IMG/VR virus record: IMGVR_UViG_3300009370_000002
Source: a virus
Reading direction: 5' to 3' (one strand)
DNA length: 64,000 nt
Shown here: piece by piece, positions 40,054 to 49,114 of the stretch
How positions within the stretch are numbered: position 1 is the stretch's first letter
Layout of the letters: the number at the start of each line of letters is the position of its first letter
Position numbers and translations under genes: made by a program
Notes under the pieces: model-generated
Databases searched by the model: none
The model's input: only the letters and a program-made list of their open reading frames with translations
Told to the model about the DNA's origin: nothing

Positions 40054-40524
40054 TTAATTCCCCTGTTGTGGTGTTGTTATAGTTCTGCTGTCATATTCTC
40101 GGGCGATAAACCTTTGTAATTCTCTTGTGATATCAAATTTAGACAACCTCTCGTCATCGCCTTTTGATTTTATCCAAGCCGCTATATCTCTAAGGAACTG
40201 ATTCTCGATTCTGTCATCGACTATTTTGGAAACTTTATCATCAATATTTAATTTGTCAAGACCCGTGTTTGTTTTTTTGTTGTCTGGCATTTCGTATGTA
40301 TTTTTAACTAAATCAAAAATGCTCTTTATAGTGGCGCCACCAGGAATCATATCAATTACAACACTTGCGCCAAGATTCTTTAAATCATCGGTAATTTTTC
40401 CCAGACGCTTTGCTTGAATTGCGGCTTCAATTGCTTTTCTTAAATCTCCAACAGTGTTAAATTGAACTTCAGTAATAATATTTTTGCGCCAATTTTCCAT
40501 AATCAGCTTCATTCCTTTTGACAT
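40054..40524 (-). CDS. Hypothetical protein with ENWR-type N-terminal tag
   Basis: MSKGMKLIMENWRKNIITE; start after GAGGGG RBS. Confidence 0.65.
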   Translation of the reverse strand: MSKGMKLIMENWRKNIITEVQFNTVGDLRKAIEAAIQAKRLGKITDDLKNLGASVVIDMIPGGATIKSIFDLVKNTYEMPDNKKTNTGLDKLNIDDKVSKIVDDRIENQFLRDIAAWIKSKGDDERLSKFDITRELQRFIAREYDSRTITTPQQGN

Positions 40525-40551
40525 ATAGAGCCCCTCTTCCACTATAAATAG

Positions 40552-40578
40552 AAAAAAAAGAAGGTTTTCACCTTCTTT
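40552..40578 (-). terminator. Rho-independent terminator
   Basis: 8-bp stem AAAGAAGG/CCTTCTTT, 6-nt loop, T-tract on minus strand right after the 40582 gene stop. Confidence 0.75.
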
Positions 40579-40581
40579 GTC

Positions 40582-40839
40582 TTAATTTAAATAATCGTTT
40601 TCAGGCTGAACCCTTGTTAAAAGAAAGTCAACCAAACTTTGCAATTCTGGTTCTTGCGAGACAAAAAAACCCATAGTACACAGGCTAGCTATCTCCTTCA
40701 TTGTGAAGCCAAGCTCCCCTGCTCTTTTTGAAAACATTATTAAGTCACTCACCATTGCATTTAACTTTGGATTATCTTCTTTTTCTATTCTCAATAAGAG
40801 AAGCTCCATCGTCGTAAAATCAAAATTCTTGTCCATCAT
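40582..40839 (-). CDS. Hypothetical protein
   Basis: MMDKNFDF... start after AGGAG RBS. Confidence 0.6.
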   Translation of the reverse strand: MMDKNFDFTTMELLLLRIEKEDNPKLNAMVSDLIMFSKRAGELGFTMKEIASLCTMGFFVSQEPELQSLVDFLLTRVQPENDYLN

Positions 40840-41260
40840 ATCTCCTTTTTCCAAGTCTTGCGCTTTCAACCAAATTGGATGAAGATTGTGTCTTTTCACC
40901 CCCGACATTCCACAGCATTTCAATCCCATGTTTTTGACACATCTCCATCTCTGGTGTATTAGTGTCGTACCTATCTCCGCCATTGGCAAAATAGTCTGGC
41001 TTGAACCTCTCAAGAGCCTGGCATACTGAGCCATCATCATCGTTAACATTGGTTACAATAGTAACACCTTTAATATTCCCTAAGATGTATGCCCTTTCCT
41101 CGAAAGACATAAACTTATACCCTTTCTTTCTTATAAGCCATTCATCGGAATTTAAGATAACTAAGACATTCCCATATCTTGAAGCCTCTCTTATCATTTG
41201 AACATGTCCTTTGTGGACAGGGTCAAAGCCACCAGAGACAGCTACGGTTGGTATATACAT
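40820..41260 (-). CDS. Nucleotidyltransferase, TagD/RfaE-like cytidylyltransferase
   Basis: VSGGFDPVHKGH (HxGH), FANGGDR, KTQSSS. Confidence 0.88.
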   Translation of the reverse strand: MYIPTVAVSGGFDPVHKGHVQMIREASRYGNVLVILNSDEWLIRKKGYKFMSFEERAYILGNIKGVTIVTNVNDDDGSVCQALERFKPDYFANGGDRYDTNTPEMEMCQKHGIEMLWNVGGEKTQSSSNLVESARLGKRRYDGQEF

Positions 41261-41595
41261 TATTTCTCCTTTTTGTTTTTTGAAAGTAATTTTGATGCAG
41301 GGCTCTCTGGAGGAAGCTTCTCTAACGCAACTTCGCTCAAAGAGAAATTCTCAATAAAGGATTTCATCTCTCCACAAGCCCTCTTATAATCTGGTTCGAA
41401 TTCAATCGCGGTCTTTCCGCCATGACCGTGGATGGCATGAACCTCGCCAATGTTGTCATATATTGTTACGGAAGGGTGTTCAGAAAGCCATGTGACGGAA
41501 ACCTTCCCATTATCGAAGACGAAGCCTTGGGCAACTCTTCCGGTGCCGCTTATGCCGCTTTCATCTTCTTCTCGTTTTAAATAAAATATCTTCAT
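41260..41595 (-). CDS. Hypothetical phage protein
   Basis: 111-aa ORF, coupled stops and starts. Confidence 0.6.
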   Translation of the reverse strand: MKIFYLKREEDESGISGTGRVAQGFVFDNGKVSVTWLSEHPSVTIYDNIGEVHAIHGHGGKTAIEFEPDYKRACGEMKSFIENFSLSEVALEKLPPESPASKLLSKNKKEK

Positions 41596-41918
41596 TTCAG
41601 TCCCTCTGGGAGGAAAGAGGCTAATACCTCCCTGTTATCTATCCAATGATACACTTCCCCGTTCTTTATCCGAGGCTTGTCGTAAACAACTCGTTCATAG
41701 GGGAAGCCATGCATGTCTAGCCAAGCTTCAGTGGCTTCTGCATGTTCTGATGTTCTTGCTGTGAAGAACGTTATTCTGTCTCCACGGGACGCAAGGTATT
41801 TAATCCTCTCCAGCGCACCGGGGAGGGGCTTTGCTGTTATGAAATGATGGGCTTGCTCATTTGGAATATCTTCACATACAGTGCCATCAATATCAATTAG
41901 CCAAATTGTCGGTTTCAT
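41592..41918 (-). CDS. Small HAD-superfamily phosphatase
   Basis: LIDIDGTV, FFTART, KP, IDNR. Confidence 0.8.
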   Translation of the reverse strand: MKPTIWLIDIDGTVCEDIPNEQAHHFITAKPLPGALERIKYLASRGDRITFFTARTSEHAEATEAWLDMHGFPYERVVYDKPRIKNGEVYHWIDNREVLASFLPEGLK

Positions 41919-41940
41919 TTTATTTTAATACTCCTCTAAC

Positions 41941-41969
41941 ATTATAACACAATAAATAGAGTTTGTCAA
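41941..41969 (-). promoter_or_regulatory. Consensus sigma70 promoter
   Basis: TTGACA-17-TATAAT; spacer contains CTATTTA. Confidence 0.85.
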
Positions 41970-41973
41970 CCAA

Positions 41974-42870
41974 TTATTGCAAATATCCTGTTCCGACAAC
42001 TTCCCACTCCATATGAGTTTCAATGTAGCTTCCCATTGGCTCGTAAGGAACGGAATCAATCTTGTGGCGAGATAAATGGATTGCAACGAGACTCCCAGAA
42101 GGGAATGATTGCAGAACAGAACCGGGCATTGTCATGAATCCCTGATCAGAACCAGTGCAAGCAGCATAACCTAGCAACTGGGAACCATCATAGGTGTATA
42201 CAGCCAACAGTATCATGTAAATCCTAGAGGTGTCATAAGGTGCCCATGAGAATGTCATTCCGCTCCTGTAGATAGGAGCCGCAAATGCATATGAAGGATT
42301 AACATAGAGCATCGCAAAGGGCTCAATGAAGTCATATCCCTCAATAGAGGTGAACTGTATTGTCTCTGTCTCATTTGGAAGCGTTATTGTGTGCAACGCA
42401 TTCCTATCATATTCTGTTTCAAAGAGATAAGCGTAGTATTCGGTGCCGACATTGTTAGCGGTGAATGAATGTGGAGAACCTTGAACGGAGATATAAGAAC
42501 CTACGTTCACTGGGTTGGCTGATGGAGAGGTTATAACCAACTGATTGGTGCATTCTCCAAGAGGCGGCAACCACGATGTATGTGAATCGTTGATAGGTTC
42601 ATGAAACTTGGCTGTGAATTCGACAAGTAGCTCTTGACTCTCTCCCATGCATGCAGGACATGCAAGTTGTCTTAGATAGTAGTGGACATAGCCACCAACT
42701 CCTTCTATCTCATCTGGTGGAACCACAGGGCCAGGCTCATTTGCTGGTTCATCTGTCGGTTCCGTTGTAACGTGAGTCTCAGTAATCGTACTGTCATCTC
42801 CAACGTTGTTGTTCTTCATTATGCTAACATCTGATCCACATGACCAGAGCAGCAATAAAATATATCTCAT
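41974..42870 (-). CDS. Putative lipoprotein
   Basis: MRYILLLLWSCGSD lipobox-like; Pro/Thr/Glu linker; Cys pairs. Confidence 0.6.
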   Translation of the reverse strand: MRYILLLLWSCGSDVSIMKNNNVGDDSTITETHVTTEPTDEPANEPGPVVPPDEIEGVGGYVHYYLRQLACPACMGESQELLVEFTAKFHEPINDSHTSWLPPLGECTNQLVITSPSANPVNVGSYISVQGSPHSFTANNVGTEYYAYLFETEYDRNALHTITLPNETETIQFTSIEGYDFIEPFAMLYVNPSYAFAAPIYRSGMTFSWAPYDTSRIYMILLAVYTYDGSQLLGYAACTGSDQGFMTMPGSVLQSFPSGSLVAIHLSRHKIDSVPYEPMGSYIETHMEWEVVGTGYLQ

Positions 42871-42881
42871 TTATTCTCCAT

Positions 42882-43673
42882 TTATTTGAGCTTTGGGATT
42901 ATCTCTTCATTTATAATCCAACCGGTTTCAAGAGGGCTTCGTGTCTTAAAGGCTCTCCCTTCACCCTTTAGGGCTTCATATATCTCGTAATCGTTGCCAT
43001 CTTGTTCACATCTGTCACCAACGAACCAACAAGTCTTATCTTCAAAGTGCTGAAGGGCATATGTCTTATCCCAACCAACCGGAAAGATGTCAAATGATGT
43101 TTCCCCTCCAAGCTTTACTTCAACCTTATCTGGGCATTTAAGACTGAGCTTATGTTGGAGATTAGACAAGAACCTTTTCCTAAAATCAGTCTCTTCATCA
43201 TATTTCATAAACTCTTGCCTTTGATAGGAAGAAGCGTTTCTACCAATTGGGCACCAATTTATCATTGAGCCTCTGTAATTTACAAAATGCCCAGTCAATG
43301 GGACATCATAATAACAAACATCAGCCTGTAATTTTGTTATTGCTCTCATTATCTCTCGAAGGCAACCTTTTCCAAGACAGTTCTCCATATTATTTTCATG
43401 AACAAGCTTAAAATCATCATCTGAGTAAATCGGAGGCAGCAAGTGCTTTGTGCCATTACATGGTAACAAGTGAGTTACGAATCTTACTTCTGAAAACCTG
43501 ATAAGCTTTAACATCTGTGATTGGATGTAATTCAAATCACTCCCTGTTAAGATTCCTATTTCTGTGTATTTAGAAAGCTGTCTTAAATTTAAGAGAAGTT
43601 CTGTATTAAACTTGCCTCTAGCTTCTGTTAGGGTGCCATCCATATCAAACAACACTATATTATTATTTATCAT
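42882..43673 (-). CDS. Eukaryote-type phosphomannomutase (HAD IIB)
   Basis: LFDMDGTLT, RGSMINWCPIGRNA, GGETSFDIFPVGWDKTYALQH, FVGDR, GNDYEI. Confidence 0.88.
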   Translation of the reverse strand: MINNNIVLFDMDGTLTEARGKFNTELLLNLRQLSKYTEIGILTGSDLNYIQSQMLKLIRFSEVRFVTHLLPCNGTKHLLPPIYSDDDFKLVHENNMENCLGKGCLREIMRAITKLQADVCYYDVPLTGHFVNYRGSMINWCPIGRNASSYQRQEFMKYDEETDFRKRFLSNLQHKLSLKCPDKVEVKLGGETSFDIFPVGWDKTYALQHFEDKTCWFVGDRCEQDGNDYEIYEALKGEGRAFKTRSPLETGWIINEEIIPKLK

Positions 43674-43706
43674 TTTAATTCCTATTATAATATTAATATA
43701 AATTAT

Positions 43707-43735
43707 ATAATAACATTATAATTATAATTTGTCAA
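43707..43735 (-). promoter_or_regulatory. sigma70-type promoter
   Basis: TTGACA-17-TATTAT. Confidence 0.65.
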
Positions 43736-44112
43736 GTAATATCTGAATCTTTTTCATCATACGACATTTCAGATAAGTCAATTTTGAACTTATCAACTTC
43801 CTTTTTAAGCTCACCCTCCCTCATTCCAAGAAATGCAGCCGCATCTCCAAATGTCCTTGTTGATGAGAGGGCGAAATGAAGACAAGCCTCCTTGACAATA
43901 TATCGCAGAGACTTGTATACGGGAAAATTGTAGAGTTTATTGTTTATATGCGAAGCGGCAAGCTCCAGCTTAAGTCCAATAACCTCTTCTAGAGTCAAAG
44001 AATGCAGCATGACTTCAAAATCATCTGTTGTCTTTTTTTCTCTTTTGAGTTTCTTTCGCAGAGAATAATTGTAATTTCTACCTTTATATTCCCTTAATTT
44101 TTTCTTCCACAT
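43732..44112 (-). CDS. Hypothetical protein, possible C-terminal HTH
   Basis: 126-aa ORF; TFGDAAAFLGM resembles a Fis-type HTH. Confidence 0.5.
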   Translation of the reverse strand: MWKKKLREYKGRNYNYSLRKKLKREKKTTDDFEVMLHSLTLEEVIGLKLELAASHINNKLYNFPVYKSLRYIVKEACLHFALSSTRTFGDAAAFLGMREGELKKEVDKFKIDLSEMSYDEKDSDIT

Positions 44113-44150
44113 TTAATTTGACATCCTATCAATTGTATGTTAAATTGATA

Positions 44151-44873
44151 TTATGAACCTGCTGTTGCATCATATTCTTTCGTGGTTGGCTCTTCAACAG
44201 AGCTTGACAACTCATCTTCAAATTTGTCAAAATAAAGTTTCAAGTTTGTCACAAGATAATCAAGGAAAATTTCTTTATCTTTTGGATTGGCTAGAGAGTC
44301 GTATGCATCAAGAACATATTGGGAAATCTTTCGGAATGAGGTATAAGCCATATTCCGTCCGGTTTCGTCCATACCTTCAAGTCCGGAACCGAAGTCCTCC
44401 TCTTCTGTCGGGGTATCATCATCTTCAACAGGAATTTTCTTTTCATCGTCGGTAATATCGACTTCAATTTCCGCCTCTTCAAGTTCAGCAAATTCTGCGT
44501 CATCACCAATGGGCTCTGAAAGTAGGGCACTTGGTTCGCCTGTGGCGCCACCTTGTCTATATTTATCATTAACCAACGAAGGCATAAGTGCATCCTTGAC
44601 AGCTTTAACAATATGTGCTCTAAACGAGTCTCGTTGTTTTTTGTCTGTCGTAAGTCGCTTAAAATCTGCACGAAGTGTAGGGATAGATTTCTTAAGAACA
44701 TCCTCAAGCATGTTGATACCGGTAGAGCGATGAGGGTGTACATCTGAAATGTCACCCTCAGAAAGAACTTTTCTAATAGCTTTTCGTAAAGCTTGTTCTT
44801 GAAGGAATTTTTCCTTAAGAGCAACTTGCATTTTTTTTCTGATAATCTGCCTTAGAATAGCTTCATTATTCAT
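44151..44873 (-). CDS. Hypothetical acidic protein (head/scaffold-like)
   Basis: LRQIIR/LRKAIRKVLSE N-terminus, acidic linker. Confidence 0.55.
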   Translation of the reverse strand: MNNEAILRQIIRKKMQVALKEKFLQEQALRKAIRKVLSEGDISDVHPHRSTGINMLEDVLKKSIPTLRADFKRLTTDKKQRDSFRAHIVKAVKDALMPSLVNDKYRQGGATGEPSALLSEPIGDDAEFAELEEAEIEVDITDDEKKIPVEDDDTPTEEEDFGSGLEGMDETGRNMAYTSFRKISQYVLDAYDSLANPKDKEIFLDYLVTNLKLYFDKFEDELSSSVEEPTTKEYDATAGS

Positions 44874-45694
44874 TACTTGGTTCTCCGTTTCTGCCCTGCG
44901 TGTCCTTGTACTGCTCCTCCACCCATAGCATTACTTTCCTGAAATGGTATTTCCGAATCCTTTTGTAAATCTACAGGCTCTTCCATAGGCGCATTCATGC
45001 CCATTTCTTGTTCACAAGCAGGTCGAGCCTCACATGGAGTCATGCCTTGGGCAACTTTTTGCTCAACACAGTCTTCAATTGCTAACTCCTGATTTGACAT
45101 CGGAGGCTCTTGTTCCCATGATACTTGTCCACCCATAGGATCGCCGACACCAGCACCAAAACCTTCCTTAAGTTTTGAGAGATCCATTTTAAATCCCCAT
45201 TTCTTATTAAGGTTTTCGTTTAATTCTTTGTTTTTCCAATCTTTAAATGACATTTTTCGATTTCTCCTTTCGTTATAAATAGTTGGGTATTTTTCTTTTA
45301 AGCTGTCTTCCCAATCTCGAAACAGCATTGGGTCATTGGCTTGTAATTCCATATTTCGCAAGTGTGGGTCTTTCTGGGCGTACCCTTTTCCTGTGTAAGA
45401 GCCTAACTCCAACTCTCCATTTTCATGTTGATTGTGGTGAACCAACTCATGTGCTATTGAGCGAAGGATATCCTTTGGGTGCCTTCCGGTTATGTATACG
45501 TGTATTTCCATTGTGTTCGGGTCATAATACCCAGTTTTTGCTAAGGTTTTTGTGGCATTGTCATTATCTCCGTCAAACACAACAGTTGGAGAGCTTTCAA
45601 ATCCAAGTCTGTCCTGGGCAAAGCCACACAAGCTCTGTGTTTCATTCTCGAATCCTATTGGGGATTCTGAATTATTTATTATTTTATACTTCAT
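44873..45694 (-). CDS. HExxH protein with a probable nested in-frame start at 45253
   Basis: RSIAHELVHH; internal ACTATTTA + AGGAG + ATG (MSFKDWK). Confidence 0.6.
   Translation of the reverse strand: MKYKIINNSESPIGFENETQSLCGFAQDRLGFESSPTVVFDGDNDNATKTLAKTGYYDPNTMEIHVYITGRHPKDILRSIAHELVHHNQHENGELELGSYTGKGYAQKDPHLRNMELQANDPMLFRDWEDSLKEKYPTIYNERRNRKMSFKDWKNKELNENLNKKWGFKMDLSKLKEGFGAGVGDPMGGQVSWEQEPPMSNQELAIEDCVEQKVAQGMTPCEARPACEQEMGMNAPMEEPVDLQKDSEIPFQESNAMGGGAVQGHAGQKRRTK
45276..45283 (-). promoter_or_regulatory. Putative phage late promoter ACTATTTA (intragenic)
   Basis: Followed by AGGAG and in-frame ATG at 45253. Confidence 0.55.
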
Positions 45695-45706
45695 AGCTTA
45701 TCCTGC

Positions 45707-46213
45707 TCATATCCCTGCCATCCACTTGACAATTTTTCTTTTTATCCTTCTGGTGTGATTAACACTATCTGGCCATTTTCCAAAAATTTGTCTGTAGCGA
45801 TCACCCACCCAATGATTTGGCATATGGCCTACTTGGCTCCAATCGAAAGAGGTATAAAGCTTTTCCCACTTTTCCGCTTCTATTGCTGCGGCGTTTCGTT
45901 TTTGGTAAGCGTCTTTCGCCGATTGAGCAATCCAAGCATTTATATCACTTATCTCTGATTCTTTCGAATGCTGTGGCTTTTCTGGGTGTTTACCCCCATA
46001 TTCGTGGTCTAAATGTTTTTTAATGGTTTCATCACCCCACCCTCTTCCATATACTTGTGCGGCTAAATCAGTACAATCATCTTCGGATTTACCAGACCGG
46101 ACACAATCATTCCAAATGACTTGCCATTCCTCTTTTTTCGGTAGAGCTTCATCAAGAACAATATCTAGCTCTTCCTTTATTATTTGTTTCAACTGTTTCG
46201 TTGTCAATTTCAT
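45707..46213 (-). CDS. Hypothetical protein with MKLT..L..II.EEL N-terminus
   Basis: MKLTTKQLKQIIKEEL. Confidence 0.65.
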   Translation of the reverse strand: MKLTTKQLKQIIKEELDIVLDEALPKKEEWQVIWNDCVRSGKSEDDCTDLAAQVYGRGWGDETIKKHLDHEYGGKHPEKPQHSKESEISDINAWIAQSAKDAYQKRNAAAIEAEKWEKLYTSFDWSQVGHMPNHWVGDRYRQIFGKWPDSVNHTRRIKRKIVKWMAGI

Positions 46214-46545
46214 ATTTTCATATTCCTTTTACACTCTTCACTATAATGAATAAACTCAACCATATTTCCATCTGGGTCTTTAACATAACATCCAGTTGTC
46301 CCATCTCTATGGTGAATTATTTCACCTTTATCGGAAGGCAAGTCTCTATAATTTTCAACCAAAATGCCAAAATGAGCATGTTCATAGTGTTTTTTATCGA
46401 TTATCGCAATCGAAACGTTGCCCATTTTCATTCTTTTGTATTTAGAGCCGTCAAAAACCATCACTGCACCGCATGTATCTTCATACCATTTCTGCGAAAC
46501 TTCCAAATTTTCAACTAATACTGCTATATGATCAACTGTTTTCAT
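46210..46545 (-). CDS. VOC/glyoxalase family protein
   Basis: DHIAVLV, HFGILV, YVKDPDGNMVEF. Confidence 0.88.
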   Translation of the reverse strand: MKTVDHIAVLVENLEVSQKWYEDTCGAVMVFDGSKYKRMKMGNVSIAIIDKKHYEHAHFGILVENYRDLPSDKGEIIHHRDGTTGCYVKDPDGNMVEFIHYSEECKRNMKI

Positions 46546-46550
46546 AATAT

Positions 46551-46558
46551 TAAATAGT
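46551..46558 (-). promoter_or_regulatory. Putative phage late promoter ACTATTTA
   Basis: Intergenic, upstream of 46545 start. Confidence 0.5.
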
Positions 46559-46801
46559 TTATTCCTTCTCTAATCTTAAAAGATTTACCTGAATTGTCTC
46601 ACCAGTCTTAGAGCAAAGAATATTGGCTACATAAACCTCTCTCTGTCCTCTCAATTCTACTATAATGTTCAAAATTGTACCATAATTAACAACCGTCTCA
46701 AGCTTTTTATCAATAACTTTCCAAGTTTTCCACTTAACAAGATCGCCATTTTTTAAGTTTTTCTTATGTGAATATCCTAAGGGCGGCTTTGCACTCTTCA
46801 T
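46559..46801 (-). CDS. KOW/SH3-like miniprotein
   Basis: LKNGDLVKW...GTILNI. Confidence 0.55.
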   Translation of the reverse strand: MKSAKPPLGYSHKKNLKNGDLVKWKTWKVIDKKLETVVNYGTILNIIVELRGQREVYVANILCSKTGETIQVNLLRLEKE

Positions 46802-46921
46802 TTAGCCCATTCTCATAAAAATTAAAAACAAAAGAACAACAGCAGTCGCTTCATATCCAAAAATAACATAACCAAGCAACATAATCATAAAATACACAAC
46901 ATTCATTATAGACGTTTTCAT
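46802..46921 (-). CDS. 39-aa hydrophobic membrane peptide (not in ORF track)
   Basis: Translated by hand: MKTSIMNVLYFMIMLLGYVIFGYEATAVVLLFLIFMRMG; fills the gap exactly with coupled start and stop. Confidence 0.65.
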   Translation of the reverse strand: MKTSIMNVVYFMIMLLGYVIFGYEATAVVLLFLIFMRMG

Positions 46922-47268
46922 TAATTAAATCCTATTAAGTCGATTTCTTCCTCTGGCACCATTATAAATACTGCCATGGAAAATAAATATGGTGAATATA
47001 GGCAAATTCTACCCTTCTCATCTTTGGGTACATACGGAACATAATACCATTCTTCCCCCCTGTTTGTTAAAACGTGCCTCTTATCACTCAATGAATAATA
47101 ATACCCTTCGCCTTTTTTCTTGAATTTCACTAATTGTAGTAAATTATTGCTTTTTGTTTTCAATGCCCCAGCCAATTTGACAGCCAGTTTGATAGAATTA
47201 GCTAAAATTTTAACATCATCATCAGATTCACTCACACTGAGGCTCCTTTTTAAGTAACTAGTGGGCAT
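46921..47268 (-). CDS. Hypothetical protein (alternative GTG start at 47235)
   Basis: 115-aa ORF; AGGAG RBS precedes GTG at 47235. Confidence 0.55.
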   Translation of the reverse strand: MPTSYLKRSLSVSESDDDVKILANSIKLAVKLAGALKTKSNNLLQLVKFKKKGEGYYYSLSDKRHVLTNRGEEWYYVPYVPKDEKGRICLYSPYLFSMAVFIMVPEEEIDLIGFN

Positions 47269-47344
47269 TAATACCTACTCACTAGCACCCAGGGCATCAA
47301 ACACTGATTAAAATACCCCTAAAACGGGTTAAAATTCGACTATT

Positions 47345-48415
47345 TTAAGGGTTAAAAGTGCCATTTGAGGTGCTTTTTTGGGAGATTTTCACCCTAATTT
47401 TGCGTTTTTTGGTTGGTTTTTCCTCCTCCAGGACACCAAAACCAGCCGGCGCACTCTTAGAACGGCTCATTTTCGGGCGAGAATGCCCTTTTCCTCCTCC
47501 AGAATGCTTATTTTTGCCCATTCCAATCAATTTTCGCTTCATTTTGGAGTGATTTCGCCTTTGAGCCTGCTGCCAACGGCTTTCTTCTGTCATAATTCCA
47601 TGTTTTTTGGCAAATTCTATCGCTTTTCGGAGCACTTGGGTGCCTTTTTTGGCAAATTCATCGATTTTGTCCATCGAAACCCACTTATATTCGCTATTTT
47701 CCATGAATCCTTGGATTTCAAGGTTGATATTGGGCTTTAAAGTCTCAAATTTGGACAAATACATGGTAATTTTGCTATCTTTGCCCTTGAAGGTGAAGTC
47801 AGAATACCCAATTTGCTTAGCAAACGGCAGAATTAAGCCCGTTTCTTCGGCAACTTCCCTCTCCAAACCCTCTTCAAACCCAGAATCGCCCCGATTTACC
47901 TCAATATTCTTCAGATGTCCACCGGGAATGTCCCATTTTTCCCCCTCATCGGTTCTGCGAAGCAGTAAAATGTTATCTTTCATGTCATATATGATAGCTT
48001 TTGCTACATATTTGGTGTCTGGGTAGAAATCATAAGGGTGTTTTACCGGAATTCCTCCAAAATTGTCTATGTGTTCTTGCATATTATCATCATAGTGGAG
48101 CGTAGAGCCCAATTTTTGGAGAGTTGGGAGCTTTGGGGTGTCACTAGTGTAGTGAACCCGTTCGGGCGTAAAATAGTGGCTTAACGAGAGCTTATCGAGG
48201 TGTGTCCTAATTGTGTCATTTGGGAACAATGCTTCCTTAGCAGGATCTCTTGCGGTGACAATATGTACGTCATATCCATCATTGATGTGTTTTTTTATCA
48301 AATTGATAATGTTTTTGTTGTATTCTTCGAAGATAAACTTGACATCCCCACTTGATATGTCCATATGTGACATTGCAATCGTATTATCGAAGTCAAAAGT
48401 GATAGTTTTACTCAT
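47345..48415 (-). CDS. HAD-like + NUDIX hydrolase fusion with basic C-terminal tail
   Basis: TFDFDNTI, VTAR, LHYDD; Nudix box PGGH...GLEREVAEETGL. Confidence 0.82.
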   Translation of the reverse strand: MSKTITFDFDNTIAMSHMDISSGDVKFIFEEYNKNIINLIKKHINDGYDVHIVTARDPAKEALFPNDTIRTHLDKLSLSHYFTPERVHYTSDTPKLPTLQKLGSTLHYDDNMQEHIDNFGGIPVKHPYDFYPDTKYVAKAIIYDMKDNILLLRRTDEGEKWDIPGGHLKNIEVNRGDSGFEEGLEREVAEETGLILPFAKQIGYSDFTFKGKDSKITMYLSKFETLKPNINLEIQGFMENSEYKWVSMDKIDEFAKKGTQVLRKAIEFAKKHGIMTEESRWQQAQRRNHSKMKRKLIGMGKNKHSGGGKGHSRPKMSRSKSAPAGFGVLEEEKPTKKRKIRVKISQKSTSNGTFNP

Positions 48416-49112
48416 TTTCGTCCACATCCACGCTAATTTTGTCTCCAATTGGGATTAAAAGCTTGGATCCTTCGTCCAAAGTGTACCCAAAGCGCTTTTC
48501 ACCCTTCTTTGACAGTGCTCCAACGTTAGTAAAGTCGAAATCATCAAGAATTGTCGCCTTTTGAGGGCAGTTATCCTTACCAGAGTTGTAAAAACAGCAG
48601 ATTTGCCCTACAACCTCAGTAAAAAGTATAGGAACACACTCTTGAGGTACCCTTTTCGCGTGTGCGTTGTATGCTCCTATCTCATGTCGAAGATTAAAGT
48701 TCTTCTTTTTCGCCATATGTCCTTCATAATCATGATAAGCACGAAACATTGTGTTCCAAATTAGTCCTTGTTTGCCTGTCCACACAGGATGGGTAGCATC
48801 TGAGGTGGAAACATACATGATTCCTTCGTCTGAAACCCTCTGCCGAAGTTCTCCTGCTGTCTTATAGGGGTGTTCGGGCACGAATTTGAACTCAATTCGT
48901 GAACTTAGTCGTCGAAATTCGCCTTCAAGCCACTTTCCAAGCAATTCATAGTCAGCTTTTAGGGCATTTCCCATATCAGGCGCCGTCTTATAAGCTTCTG
49001 CCACCAATTGGGCGTACAAATACCACCCTTGCTTATGTCTTCTGAGCATCATCTTTTCTTCAAGCTGGTCTTCGTCGAGATATCTACGCCAATTTTCAAA
49101 TAATCTGTTCAT
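48408..49112 (-). CDS. Hypothetical protein with ENWR tag and FRAYHDYEGH motif
   Basis: MNRLFENWRRYLDE; His-rich possible metal site. Confidence 0.6.
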   Translation of the reverse strand: MNRLFENWRRYLDEDQLEEKMMLRRHKQGWYLYAQLVAEAYKTAPDMGNALKADYELLGKWLEGEFRRLSSRIEFKFVPEHPYKTAGELRQRVSDEGIMYVSTSDATHPVWTGKQGLIWNTMFRAYHDYEGHMAKKKNFNLRHEIGAYNAHAKRVPQECVPILFTEVVGQICCFYNSGKDNCPQKATILDDFDFTNVGALSKKGEKRFGYTLDEGSKLLIPIGDKISVDVDENE

Positions 49113-49114
49113 TT

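Noticed and set aside
40839-41049. Long N-terminal extensions in the ORF track (also 54978-55146, 63223-63361, 18946-19060)
   Set aside because: Overlap neighbouring genes or promoters; better starts with RBS exist downstream
47270-47360. Short GGGTTAAAA repeat in the intergenic gap
   Set aside because: Only two 9-nt copies in AT-rich DNA, no clear structure
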